Shown: positions 46,198 to 55,162 of the stretch, in pieces
Numbering within the stretch: position 1 is the first letter of the stretch
Layout: the number at the start of each line of letters is the position of its first letter
Assembly: GCA_963775425.1 (NCBI GenBank)
Contig: CAVZJB010000004.1
Location: 320,001-384,000 of the forward strand
Direction: 5' to 3'
DNA length: 64,000 nucleotides
Origin: an uncultured delta proteobacterium
GTDB taxonomy: Bacteria; Myxococcota; UBA727; VGSZ01
Position numbers and translations under genes: made by a program
The notes under the pieces: generated by a model
What the model was told of the DNA's origin: nothing
Database searches by the model: none
The model's input: only the letters and a program-made list of their open reading frames with translations

Positions 46198-49014
46198 TCA
46201 GCCCAGGCGCAGCAGGATCCGGCCGCTGAGCTCGCGGATGGTCGCCGCCGCCTGCGCCAGCCGATCGTAGAGGGCGGCGCCGCCGGGGCCGGGGATGACG
46301 CCGGCGCGGGTGAGCAGGTCCAGGCGCGCGTCGCCCGCCGTCACCGCGGGCGCGCGGCGATCGTCGACGAGGGCGAGCGCCTCTCGCGCGGTCTGGAGCT
46401 CCATCCACGCGTCTTCGAGGGCGCGCGCGGTGGCGACGGCGAGGTGGCCGCGCCGCGCCAGGTGTCGGAGCGCGCGGCGTGTGGACGGACACCACACGCG
46501 GTGCGCGAGCTGAAGGCCTTGCACGGCGAACTCCACGTCGGCGAGGCCCCCCTCGCCCATCTTGAGGTCGAGGCCGTGGGGGGAGGCGCGCTCGGCCACC
46601 ATGCGCGCGCGCATGTCGAGCAGGCGCGCGCCGAGGCCGGCGGGCGGCGGCGCGTCGAGCGCTGCCCGGCGCGCGGCGGCGACGGCGGCGCGGCCGAGGT
46701 CGGGGTCGCCGGCGACGAAGCGCGCGCGCAGCAGCGCCTGCTTCTCCCACGGCGCCGAGGCGCGCCGGTGGTAGTCGACGAACGTCGCGAGGCTCGTCGT
46801 CAGGGCGCCCTGCGAGCCGCTCGGGCGCAGGCGCGGATCGACCTCGTAGCAGGCGCCCTCCGCGAGCGGCGCCGACAGCGCCCAGATCACCTGCTGCGCC
46901 GTGCGCGCGGCCATCTCGCCGGCGCCGACGGGGCGAGGACCGTCGGACTCGTCGTCGGCGGCGGCGCCGTCGTAGACGAAGAAGAGGTCGAGGTCGCGAA
47001 AGAAGCCGACCTCGCGTCCGCCGAGGGAGCCGAGCGCGAGGACGGCGAAGCGCATGCCGGCGATGCGCCCGTGGCGCGCGTCGATGCGCTCCGCCGCGAG
47101 CGCCACCGCCTCGTCGAGGAGGCCGTCGGCGAGCGCCGACAGCGAGAGCTGGGCCGTCGATACGTCGGCGGCGCCCGCGAAGAACGACAACGCCACCGAC
47201 AGTGTGCGTCGCCCGTGGACGCGCCGCAGGGCGACCAGCGCCTGCTCGACGTCGTCGACGGCGCCGGCGGGAGCGCGCGTGCGCTGCGGGGCGCGCTCCG
47301 CCGCGAGGTCGGCGCGCACCTGGCCGCGGCGCAGGCGCGACGGCGGCGGCGGGCGCGTGAGGATCTCATCGAGCCCGTGGTGCCGCGCGAGCAAGCGTGA
47401 CAGCGGGGCGCTCGTGGCGAGGAGCCGGGTGGCGAGGGCAAGCGTGCGACGATCGTGGGTGAGCCGGGAGAGCGACGCGCGCGGGACCCGCTCGAGGAAG
47501 AGGTCCGGGAGGCGCGCGAGCGCGGACATCGGATCGGGGCTCTTGGCGACGTGATCGAGCAGGTGCGCCGCCGCCTGCGCCGTCTCCGCGGGCGTCACCG
47601 TCACCGCGCGCGCCTGCTCGGGCGCGAACGGCGAGCCCCGCCGCCGCTCGAGGACGCGCACGAGCGTGAACGCACGCGCCGCGTCCTCGAAGCCGAGCGC
47701 CGCCAGGGCCGCCGTGCGCGCGGCGTCGGGCTCCGTCCGGTCGAGCGCGCGTCGCGCCTCCGCCGACGGGGCGTCTCGATCCTCGCCGAGGAGGCGCGAG
47801 AACGTGGCGTGGACGCGGGCGCGGGTGCGCGTGAGCACGTCGTCGAACGGCCGACGGAGCGCAGCCGCGCGCGCGACGGCGGCGGCGACGCGATCGTGCT
47901 CGGCGCCGGCCTCGGGGAGGATCTGCGTCTGGCGATCCTCCCCGTATTGCAGCGCGTGCTCGACGCGCCGGAGCAGCACGTACCCGGCGCGCAGGTCGGC
48001 GACGGTCTTGTGCGCCAGGAACCCGCGCGCTTCGAGGCGCTCGAGCAGCTCGACGGTGCTCCCTTCACGCAGGTCGGGGACCTTGCCGCCGTGCAGGAGC
48101 TGGTGCGCCTGCACCACGAACTCCACCTCGCGGATGCCGCCGCGGCCGCGCTTGACGTCGAAGCCGTCGGCGGTGGCGCTCGCGGTCACGCGGTGCTTCA
48201 TGGCGAAGAGCTCGTCGACGGCGCGCTCGTCGACGCTCCGGGGGAACACGAACGGCCTGAGCCGCTTGTCGACCTGGGCGGCGACGCCCTCCGCCCCGCG
48301 AGGCGCTCCCTCGTCGACGACGGCGCGCAGCCGCAGGAGGGCGGCGCGCTCCCAGGTTTGACCGAAGCGCTCGTAGTAGCTCTCGAGCGCGTCGACGGAG
48401 TTGGTGAGCGGGCCGGCGCTGCCCTCGGGGCGCAGATCGAGGTCCACGCGAAAGGCGAAGCCGTCGTCGTCGACGTCGTGCAGCAGCGAGCGCACGCCGC
48501 GCGCGAAGTGGACATGCCACTCGTGCGCCGACGCCCCGGAGGCGAGCGCCCCGTCGCGCGCGTAGGCGAACAGCAGGTCCACGTCGGAGGAGGGGTTCAG
48601 CTCGCGTGAGCCGAGCTTGCCGAGCGCGAAGATGGCGCGGCCGACGGGCTCGCCGTCGACGACGGCCGCGCCGAGCTTGGCCTCGGTGTCGGCCGCGGCG
48701 AGGCGCGCGCACAACGAGATGGCGGCGTCGGCGGCGTCGGACCACAGGCGCGCGGTGTCGAGCGGCGACGCCCCGTGCATCTCGGCCGCGGCGGTGTGGA
48801 CGAAGACGCGCGCGCGCAGGAGCCGCACGGCGCGGCGCACGCGGGCCTCGTCGAGGGGGACGCGCGCGAGGACGTCGGCGGGGTGACCGTCGAACGGGAC
48901 GCGCCCCTCGGCGAAGCGCGCGAGTCGCGGCCGGACCTCGACGATGCGAGCGGCCGCCGGCGAGAAGCTGCGCAGCGCCTCGACGAGCTTCACGCCGTCG
49001 GTGGGAGGGGACAC
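46198..49014 (-). CDS. glnE: Bifunctional glutamine synthetase adenylyltransferase/deadenylase
   Basis: LGKLG..ELN.SSDVDL, FRVDL.LRPEG..G, WERAA, K.G.GGIRE.EF, second nucleotidyltransferase domain with D.RLRPSG..G; GTG start estimated. Confidence 0.92.
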   Translation of the reverse strand: MSPPTDGVKLVEALRSFSPAAARIVEVRPRLARFAEGRVPFDGHPADVLARVPLDEARVRRAVRLLRARVFVHTAAAEMHGASPLDTARLWSDAADAAISLCARLAAADTEAKLGAAVVDGEPVGRAIFALGKLGSRELNPSSDVDLLFAYARDGALASGASAHEWHVHFARGVRSLLHDVDDDGFAFRVDLDLRPEGSAGPLTNSVDALESYYERFGQTWERAALLRLRAVVDEGAPRGAEGVAAQVDKRLRPFVFPRSVDERAVDELFAMKHRVTASATADGFDVKRGRGGIREVEFVVQAHQLLHGGKVPDLREGSTVELLERLEARGFLAHKTVADLRAGYVLLRRVEHALQYGEDRQTQILPEAGAEHDRVAAAVARAAALRRPFDDVLTRTRARVHATFSRLLGEDRDAPSAEARRALDRTEPDAARTAALAALGFEDAARAFTLVRVLERRRGSPFAPEQARAVTVTPAETAQAAAHLLDHVAKSPDPMSALARLPDLFLERVPRASLSRLTHDRRTLALATRLLATSAPLSRLLARHHGLDEILTRPPPPSRLRRGQVRADLAAERAPQRTRAPAGAVDDVEQALVALRRVHGRRTLSVALSFFAGAADVSTAQLSLSALADGLLDEAVALAAERIDARHGRIAGMRFAVLALGSLGGREVGFFRDLDLFFVYDGAAADDESDGPRPVGAGEMAARTAQQVIWALSAPLAEGACYEVDPRLRPSGSQGALTTSLATFVDYHRRASAPWEKQALLRARFVAGDPDLGRAAVAAARRAALDAPPPAGLGARLLDMRARMVAERASPHGLDLKMGEGGLADVEFAVQGLQLAHRVWCPSTRRALRHLARRGHLAVATARALEDAWMELQTAREALALVDDRRAPAVTAGDARLDLLTRAGVIPGPGGAALYDRLAQAAATIRELSGRILLRLG

Positions 49015-49227
49015 CGCGGGATTGTCCTGCGCGGCCGGACGCGAAGCAACGCCGGAGCGCGCGCAGCGTGACGTCGTCGTTGACGCCGCGCCCGCCCGAT
49101 CCCGATGCCGCGACGAACGGGCGAAGCCGCGGCGGCGTTCCACACGAGCGCCGCGTTGTCGAGGAGCAGGTGCGCCGTCGACGCACATCGAGCGGACCGC
49201 GGCCCGGCAGTCAGGTAGTCTTGGCCG

Positions 49228-50697
49228 GTGCGTCGCGTCCTCGGCCCGGTGTTGTGGATCGCCTGCTCGAGCCCGCTCGGGTGCGGCTTCTCGCTCGCCT
49301 GCGGTGAGGACGGGGACTGCCCGAGCGGAGAGACGTGCGGCGCGGGGGGCGTCTGCGGCGCCGGCTTCGGCGGTGACGCGGGCGCCTCCGCGGACGCAGG
49401 CATCGTCGGCGACGCCGACGCTGGCGCCACCGAAGACGCCGGCTCCGGAGACGCGGGCTCCGGAGACGCGGGCTCCGGAGACGCGGGCTCCGGAGACGCC
49501 GGCTCCGGCGACGCGGGCTCCGGAGACGCCGGCGCCGTCGACGCCGGCTCCCCTGTCGACGCCGGCTCCGTTGACGCCGGCTCCCCTGTCGACGCCGGCG
49601 CCGTCGACGCCGGGGGAGCGGGAGCCGTGTGCGGCGACGGGAGCGTCGAGCCCGGGGAGGCGTGCGACGACGGAAACCTCGTCGACCGCGACGGCTGCTC
49701 GAGCGCATGCCGCGTGTGGTGGGACGAGGCCTTCTCCGTGCGCGTGCGCGTGGACCTCGCGTCGCCGGCGGCGCAGGACCTCGCGTCGGTCCCCGTGGCG
49801 CTCTCGGTGCCGGCCGCGCTCCTGCCCGCGGACGTGGGCGCGGCCTGCGTCGTCGCACCGGACCAGAAAACGGTGCTCCCGGTCGAGATAGAGCGCCCGG
49901 CGGCCGGCGCCGCACCTTTGCTGTTGTGGACGCGGACCGCGCTCCCCTCGGGCACCAGCTCCGTGTTCGTCTACCCCGGCAGCGACCCCGCCTGCTCCGG
50001 CACCGCCGCGGCCGTGTGGTCCGGCTACGCCGGCGTCTGGCACATGGAGGACCGCGCCGACAGCGTCGCCGGTGTCGCCTTGCAGAACGAGAGCAACGGC
50101 CCCGCCCCCACCGCCGCCGGCGCCCGCGGCGCCGCTTTCGACGTGTCCGCGAGCGGCTGGCCCAAGGTGGAGCCGCCCGGGGACCTGTGGATCGACGGCA
50201 GCGTCACCGTCGAGGCCTGGGGACGCCTCTCGGCGTTCGGCAGCGCCGCCGATTGGGAGAACACGCTCTTTCAGGCCGCCGGTGGCAACCGCGACCAGGC
50301 CTACTTCCTCAACGTCGAAAACGACGGCCGACTGCGCGCCTATTGGGAGACCAGCGCCGGCGCGTACGACCAGAAGAGCACGTCGTCGTTCTCGCTCGCC
50401 CCCGGGGACTGGCACCACTACGCCATGGTCCGCGACGGCGCCGCGCGCACGGTGCGCTTCTTCGTCGACGGCGCCCAGCTCGGAAGCGCCGTGTCGTTCT
50501 CCCGCGCGCCGGCGGACTCGCCCGCGTCGACGTCGTTCCTCTACCTGGGCGGCAATTTCACCGCGACCAGCCGGCGCTTCACGGGCACCCTCGACGAGGT
50601 CCACATCGCGGCCTCGGCGCTGTCCGCGGCCGAGATCGCGGTGTCCCACGCGGCCACCGCCGGCACGCTCGTCGTCGGCACCGTCCGCGAGCCCTGA
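49228..50697 (+). CDS. Exported protein: DAG linker, Myxococcus Cys-rich repeat, DUF2341-like and LamG-like domains
   Basis: CGDG.V.PGEACDDGN....DGCSSAC; VWH; WHHYA.V, FFVDG, F.G.LDEV.I. Confidence 0.85.
   Translation: MRRVLGPVLWIACSSPLGCGFSLACGEDGDCPSGETCGAGGVCGAGFGGDAGASADAGIVGDADAGATEDAGSGDAGSGDAGSGDAGSGDAGSGDAGSGDAGAVDAGSPVDAGSVDAGSPVDAGAVDAGGAGAVCGDGSVEPGEACDDGNLVDRDGCSSACRVWWDEAFSVRVRVDLASPAAQDLASVPVALSVPAALLPADVGAACVVAPDQKTVLPVEIERPAAGAAPLLLWTRTALPSGTSSVFVYPGSDPACSGTAAAVWSGYAGVWHMEDRADSVAGVALQNESNGPAPTAAGARGAAFDVSASGWPKVEPPGDLWIDGSVTVEAWGRLSAFGSAADWENTLFQAAGGNRDQAYFLNVENDGRLRAYWETSAGAYDQKSTSSFSLAPGDWHHYAMVRDGAARTVRFFVDGAQLGSAVSFSRAPADSPASTSFLYLGGNFTATSRRFTGTLDEVHIAASALSAAEIAVSHAATAGTLVVGTVREP
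49435..49524 (+). repeat. In-frame 15-bp tandem repeat (DAGSG)x6, followed by degenerate DAG units
   Basis: gacgc(c/g)ggctccgg(a/c) units read directly. Confidence 0.9.
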
Positions 50698-50832
50698 TCA
50701 GCGACCGGAGGGAGCGGCCGCGCTTGAGCAAGGCCGCGGCTCCCTCCGGTCGCTGATCCGGCGCCGCAAATTTTCGCGCGCCCCCGCGGATGTCCCTACA
50801 GGCGCCCTCTTCCGCGCCACCGGAGGGACGCC

Positions 50833-51627
50833 ATGTGCCACAGCCCCGTCGACGCGCCCCTGCCGTTCCCCAGCCGCGCGCGCCGGCGCATCGCGGTCGA
50901 CGTCCACGCCGGTGACGACGCCGCCGCGCGCCTCGAGGACGCGCTGCTCGCGCTCGCGCGGGCCGTCGATCCCCGGGCCCGCATCGGCCACGCCGACGTC
51001 CCCTGGACCGAGCTGTCGTTCGTCGCCGTCGACGTCGAGACCACCGGCTTTCAGCCCGACAAGGACCGCGTCATCGAGCTCGCCTGGGTGCGCTTCGAGG
51101 GCGGGCGCGAGGTCGAGCGCTTCGCGTCCCTCGTGCACGCCCCCGTCACCGTGCCGTATCCGGTGCGCCGGCTCACCGGCATCGACAACGCCATGCTCGC
51201 CGACAAGCCCGCGTTCGAGGGTGTCGCCGCCGGCCTCGTCGAAGCGCTCGCCGGCGCCGACTTCGCCGTCGCCTACAACGCGCGCTTCGACCGCGGCTTT
51301 CTCGGCAGCGAGCTCGCCCGCGCCGGGCTCGCCGTCCCCGACGTGCCGTGGGTGGATCCCCTGGTGTTCCTCAAGGAGATCGACGGCGCGGGCGGGCACA
51401 AGCTCACGGAGGTCGCCCGCCGCTTCGACGTCGCCTGCCCCGACGCGCACCGCGCGGAGAGCGACGCGCGCACCACGGGGCGGCTCCTGCTCAAGATGGC
51501 GCCGCGCCTCGGCGCCCACAGCCTCGCGGCGCTCCTCGACAAGCAGGCGCGCTGGTCCCGCCTGCCCCCCACGACGACGCCGGAGCCGCGCACGCTGGGC
51601 GCGCGCCTGCTCTCGCTGTTTCGCTGA
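50833..51627 (+). CDS. DEDDh 3'-5' exonuclease (DnaQ-like)
   Basis: DVETTG, AYNA.FD..FL, AHRAESDA. Confidence 0.9.
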   Translation: MCHSPVDAPLPFPSRARRRIAVDVHAGDDAAARLEDALLALARAVDPRARIGHADVPWTELSFVAVDVETTGFQPDKDRVIELAWVRFEGGREVERFASLVHAPVTVPYPVRRLTGIDNAMLADKPAFEGVAAGLVEALAGADFAVAYNARFDRGFLGSELARAGLAVPDVPWVDPLVFLKEIDGAGGHKLTEVARRFDVACPDAHRAESDARTTGRLLLKMAPRLGAHSLAALLDKQARWSRLPPTTTPEPRTLGARLLSLFR

Positions 51628-51648
51628 TCCTCCGCTAAGGAGCTGCCC

Positions 51649-52062
51649 ATGCCGAATGGATCCTGCGTCTGCGGCGCCGTGGCCTTCGAGGTCACGCCGC
51701 CATATCGGTTCTTCCAGTACTGCCACTGCTCCCGCTGCAGAAAGCGCTCCGGCTCCATCCACGCGGCCAACCTCGCCGTGCTCGTCGATCAGTTCCGATG
51801 GGTTCGCGGCGAAGAGCACGTGAAGCGCTTCAAGCTCGAAAACACCAAGAGCTGGTCGAATTGGTTCTGCGACACCTGCGGCGGCGGCCTGCCGTGGCTC
51901 AGCGGCAACGGCAAGGCGTACATCGTCCCGGCCGGCGCGCTCGACGACGACCCCGGCGAGCGCCCCACGCGCAACATCTGGGTGGGCTCCAGGGCGGCGT
52001 GGGAAGTGCCCGCCTCCTCGCTCGAAGCCTTCGACGAGGAGCCGCCGCGCCCGGCGCGCTGA
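51649..52062 (+). CDS. GFA (glutathione-dependent formaldehyde-activating enzyme)/CENP-V family protein
   Basis: GSC.CGAV, CHCSRCRK..G, FC..CG; AAGGAG RBS. Confidence 0.92.
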   Translation: MPNGSCVCGAVAFEVTPPYRFFQYCHCSRCRKRSGSIHAANLAVLVDQFRWVRGEEHVKRFKLENTKSWSNWFCDTCGGGLPWLSGNGKAYIVPAGALDDDPGERPTRNIWVGSRAAWEVPASSLEAFDEEPPRPAR

Positions 52063-52510
52063 AGGGAGCGCGCTCGACTGGCTGACGCGTAACGTGATCC
52101 ATCGGGATCCGCGTCATCGAGAGCGCCGCGAGTGGCGACGGATCCGAGCCACCCGGAAGGGGACGGCCACACGGCGGAGCGGAAAGGAACTCCGGCGGTG
52201 GCGACGTTGTCTACTAGCGAAGGTGACGACGGTCGCCCTGATGGCCTTCAACCTGCTGCAGAACCTCGCGAAGCTCACCGCCTGAAGTCCGCGCCGACGT
52301 CGCATCGAGGCACGTCGGCGCGCACACGACCCGCACGAACCCGCCACGTGCGCTGATAGCGGGATCACAACACCGCTCGGACCCGCCGTTTCCTCACAAC
52401 CCGCAGCGGTTCTTGCGCGCCGACGTGCCTCGCCACGTACTCCGCGCGGCGAGCCACCTTGTGGGCGGCTTCGCCGAGTGCTGCTACGAGCCTTTTTCTT
52501 TGTCAGCCTT

Positions 52511-55162
52511 TCAGCCGGGTTGGTGGCAGCCGGCGCACTTCTCGCTCTTGTGCTCGTAGCCGGGCACGCGCGAGTGGCGGGCGTTCTCGATGACGGCGGC
52601 GTGGTCGTGGCACTCGGCGCACAGCACCGGGACGCCGTCGCACTTGCCGTCGGCGACGGCCCCGCTGAGCGCCTTGTGGCACTGGGTGCAGTGGATGGGC
52701 GCGTGGACGCCGCGCGAGATGGGGAAACACTTCTCGTGTTGGTCGAAGCGCGCGCCGGTGAACGTGGCGGGGACGTGGCACGTCCCGCAGGAGACGCCCG
52801 CGAACGGAGGCGCCGAGTGGTTCACGGTCACCGCCGTCGCCGCGCGGGCGTCGTTGGCGTGACAGGCGGTGCAGTCGAGCGCGGCGCGCGTGAAGCCGCG
52901 CTCGCGCTTCTCGATGTGGCACTCGTCGCACGGCAGGGCCGCGTGGCGTCCGGTGAGCGGGAAGTTGGTGCGGCGGTGCGCGTCGACGGGGAAGTCGGGC
53001 CCACGGAACACCGTGGTGTCATGGCAGGACTGGCACATGAGGCCGAACTCCTGCGCGTGCGGATCGATGTGGCAGGCGGCGCACGTGGCGGGGACGCGGC
53101 GCCGGTAGTCCTGTCCGTGGCAGCTCGTGCAGCGGGTCTTTGCGTGCTCCCCCGTCAGCGGGAAGCCGGTGCGCTCGTGGGCGAACCCGGCGGGCACCCA
53201 TGCGTTCGGCGTGTGGCAACCGTCGCACTTGCTGTCCGTCGCCGACTTGGTGACCCGCGCGAACTGCGCCATGGGCGGCGGCGGCAGCTTCGGGTTGAAG
53301 TCGTCGAAGGCGTGCTTGTGCTCGTCCTCGTGGCAGCCGGCGCAGTCGGCGGGCAGCGGTTTGTACCGCGCGATCTCCTTCTTCCCCGCCTTCACCACCG
53401 CGTGGCACGACACGCACTTGGCCTTCTTGTGCTGGCCGACGAGCGGGAACGTGCTCTGCTTGTCGTGATCGAACTTGGCGGGCTTGAAGCCCGTGGTGGC
53501 GTGACAGATGGCGCAGTCGGTGACGCCGTTTTTGGCGAGCTGCCCGACGTGAACGTCGGCGTGGCACGAGGCGCACGACGCGTCCAGCGGCCGGTACGGC
53601 ACCACGCGGTCCTCCCCGCGGCGCGCCGGCGGCGGCGTGTGGCACGCACCGCAGTCGACGTCCTTGTGCTTGCCCGTGAGCGGGAAGCGGCTGTCATCGT
53701 GGTTGAAGCTGAGGTCCGCGAAGGTGGTCATCTTGTGGCAGTCGGAGCACAGCTTCTTGTCGACGTGCGGCTCGCCCTCCTTGCCCGCCGGCTTCTTGAA
53801 CTGACCCTTGTGGACGTCTTCGTGGCAGCCCTCGCAGTCGGCCGGCGCGCGGTTCTTGCCGCTGCGGCGCGCGTCGAGCGGATCGGCGACGATGCCGGGC
53901 ATCAGCAGCCGCGCCGTGCTCACCAGCAACGGGCGGCCCTGATTGGCGAGCTCGATGCGCACCGAGCGAGGCACGCGCTCCTTCAAACGCGGCTCGTCCT
54001 TGTGGCACTGGCCGCACGCCACCGTGCGGTGCGAGCCCTCGAGGGGGAAGCGCGTCTTGTCGTGCATGTCGACGTTGAACAGCACGGGGAGGAAGCCCGC
54101 GACGGTGTGGCAGTCCTCGCAGCGGGGCGCGCCGTGATCGTTCTTCAACTGGCCGACGTGCGCGTCGATGTGGCAGTCGGAGCAGCGCGCGAACTTCAGG
54201 CCACGGAACTTGGCGGGACGGTTCCTGAACGGGCCATGGCACGACTTGCACGCGACGGAGCGGTGCTCGCCGCGTAGCTTGAAGCGGTGCTTGTCGTGAA
54301 AGCCGGTGTCCTGCGCGCCTTCGCGAATCACCTTCCAGTCGATGGGCGTGTGGCAGCGGTCGCAGCCTTTGCCGAAGGTGCCGCGGTGAACGTCGTCGTG
54401 GCACGCGGTGCATTGCCCGTGCGGGACGTCCTTCATCTGCATGTAGCTGGCGTCGAGAGGCTTGGGGAACGAGCTCGCGGGCGTCTTGGTGTCGACGCGC
54501 TGCTCGTGGCACTCCTTGCACTGCACCCTGCGATGCTTGCCGATGAGCCGGTAGTCGGTGAGCTTGCGGTTGTTGTGGTTGAAGAGCGGGGCGCTCTTGA
54601 ACTTCTGCTCGGGCGTGTGGCACCGCTCGCAGCTCTTGCCCTCCTGGCCGCGGTGCTCGTCGAAGTGACAGATGGAGCACTTGGGCGCGAGCCCCAGCAT
54701 CGAGTTTCGCCGCCCCTTGGCGATGAGCTTCAGGATGGAGCCGTCGTCGATGCGGCGGGGCTCGTGGCAGTCGTTGCACGACGGCTTCTTGTGGTTGCCG
54801 AGCAGCGGCCACCCCGTGAGGCTGTGGTTGAACGACTCCTTCGACGGCGTCCACTCGATCAGGTTCGCCTTCAGACCGCGGTGCTCCCGGTGGCACGTGG
54901 CGCACTGACGGGCGCGGACGCTGTTGTGGTAGCCGCTGTGGGCGTCGATGCGCCGCGCGATCTCCTTGTGGCACGCGAGGCACTTGTTGTTGTCGTGCCG
55001 GCCGCCCTCGATGTGGCACTGCGTGCAGCCGGTGAGGCCCTCGAGCGCCTCGTGCGCCTTGGACAGCGGCCCGGGGGAGAAGAGCTGCGCGCGCGCCGCG
55101 GGAGCCGCGCACAGCGCCACCGCGAGGACGGCGGCGGCGTACGCGTTGCGCGCGCCGCTCAC
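52511..55162 (-). CDS. Exported multiheme c-type cytochrome, 30 CxxCH motifs
   Basis: 30 CxxCH counted by hand; repeated F.H...FPL.G.H unit; signal peptide ending ARA; GTGA overlap. Confidence 0.95.
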   Translation of the reverse strand: MSGARNAYAAAVLAVALCAAPAARAQLFSPGPLSKAHEALEGLTGCTQCHIEGGRHDNNKCLACHKEIARRIDAHSGYHNSVRARQCATCHREHRGLKANLIEWTPSKESFNHSLTGWPLLGNHKKPSCNDCHEPRRIDDGSILKLIAKGRRNSMLGLAPKCSICHFDEHRGQEGKSCERCHTPEQKFKSAPLFNHNNRKLTDYRLIGKHRRVQCKECHEQRVDTKTPASSFPKPLDASYMQMKDVPHGQCTACHDDVHRGTFGKGCDRCHTPIDWKVIREGAQDTGFHDKHRFKLRGEHRSVACKSCHGPFRNRPAKFRGLKFARCSDCHIDAHVGQLKNDHGAPRCEDCHTVAGFLPVLFNVDMHDKTRFPLEGSHRTVACGQCHKDEPRLKERVPRSVRIELANQGRPLLVSTARLLMPGIVADPLDARRSGKNRAPADCEGCHEDVHKGQFKKPAGKEGEPHVDKKLCSDCHKMTTFADLSFNHDDSRFPLTGKHKDVDCGACHTPPPARRGEDRVVPYRPLDASCASCHADVHVGQLAKNGVTDCAICHATTGFKPAKFDHDKQSTFPLVGQHKKAKCVSCHAVVKAGKKEIARYKPLPADCAGCHEDEHKHAFDDFNPKLPPPPMAQFARVTKSATDSKCDGCHTPNAWVPAGFAHERTGFPLTGEHAKTRCTSCHGQDYRRRVPATCAACHIDPHAQEFGLMCQSCHDTTVFRGPDFPVDAHRRTNFPLTGRHAALPCDECHIEKRERGFTRAALDCTACHANDARAATAVTVNHSAPPFAGVSCGTCHVPATFTGARFDQHEKCFPISRGVHAPIHCTQCHKALSGAVADGKCDGVPVLCAECHDHAAVIENARHSRVPGYEHKSEKCAGCHQPG

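Noticed and set aside
49015-50649. Apparent 545-aa N-terminal extension of GlnE
   Set aside because: It is the antisense of the LamG gene; GlnE-like sequence begins near 49014.
50833-51627. Calling this gene dnaQ or a defence nuclease
   Set aside because: DEDDh motifs alone do not assign function; no replisome or defence context.
52132-52356. 74-aa ORF in the spacer
   Set aside because: No recognisable motif or clear RBS; not supportable.
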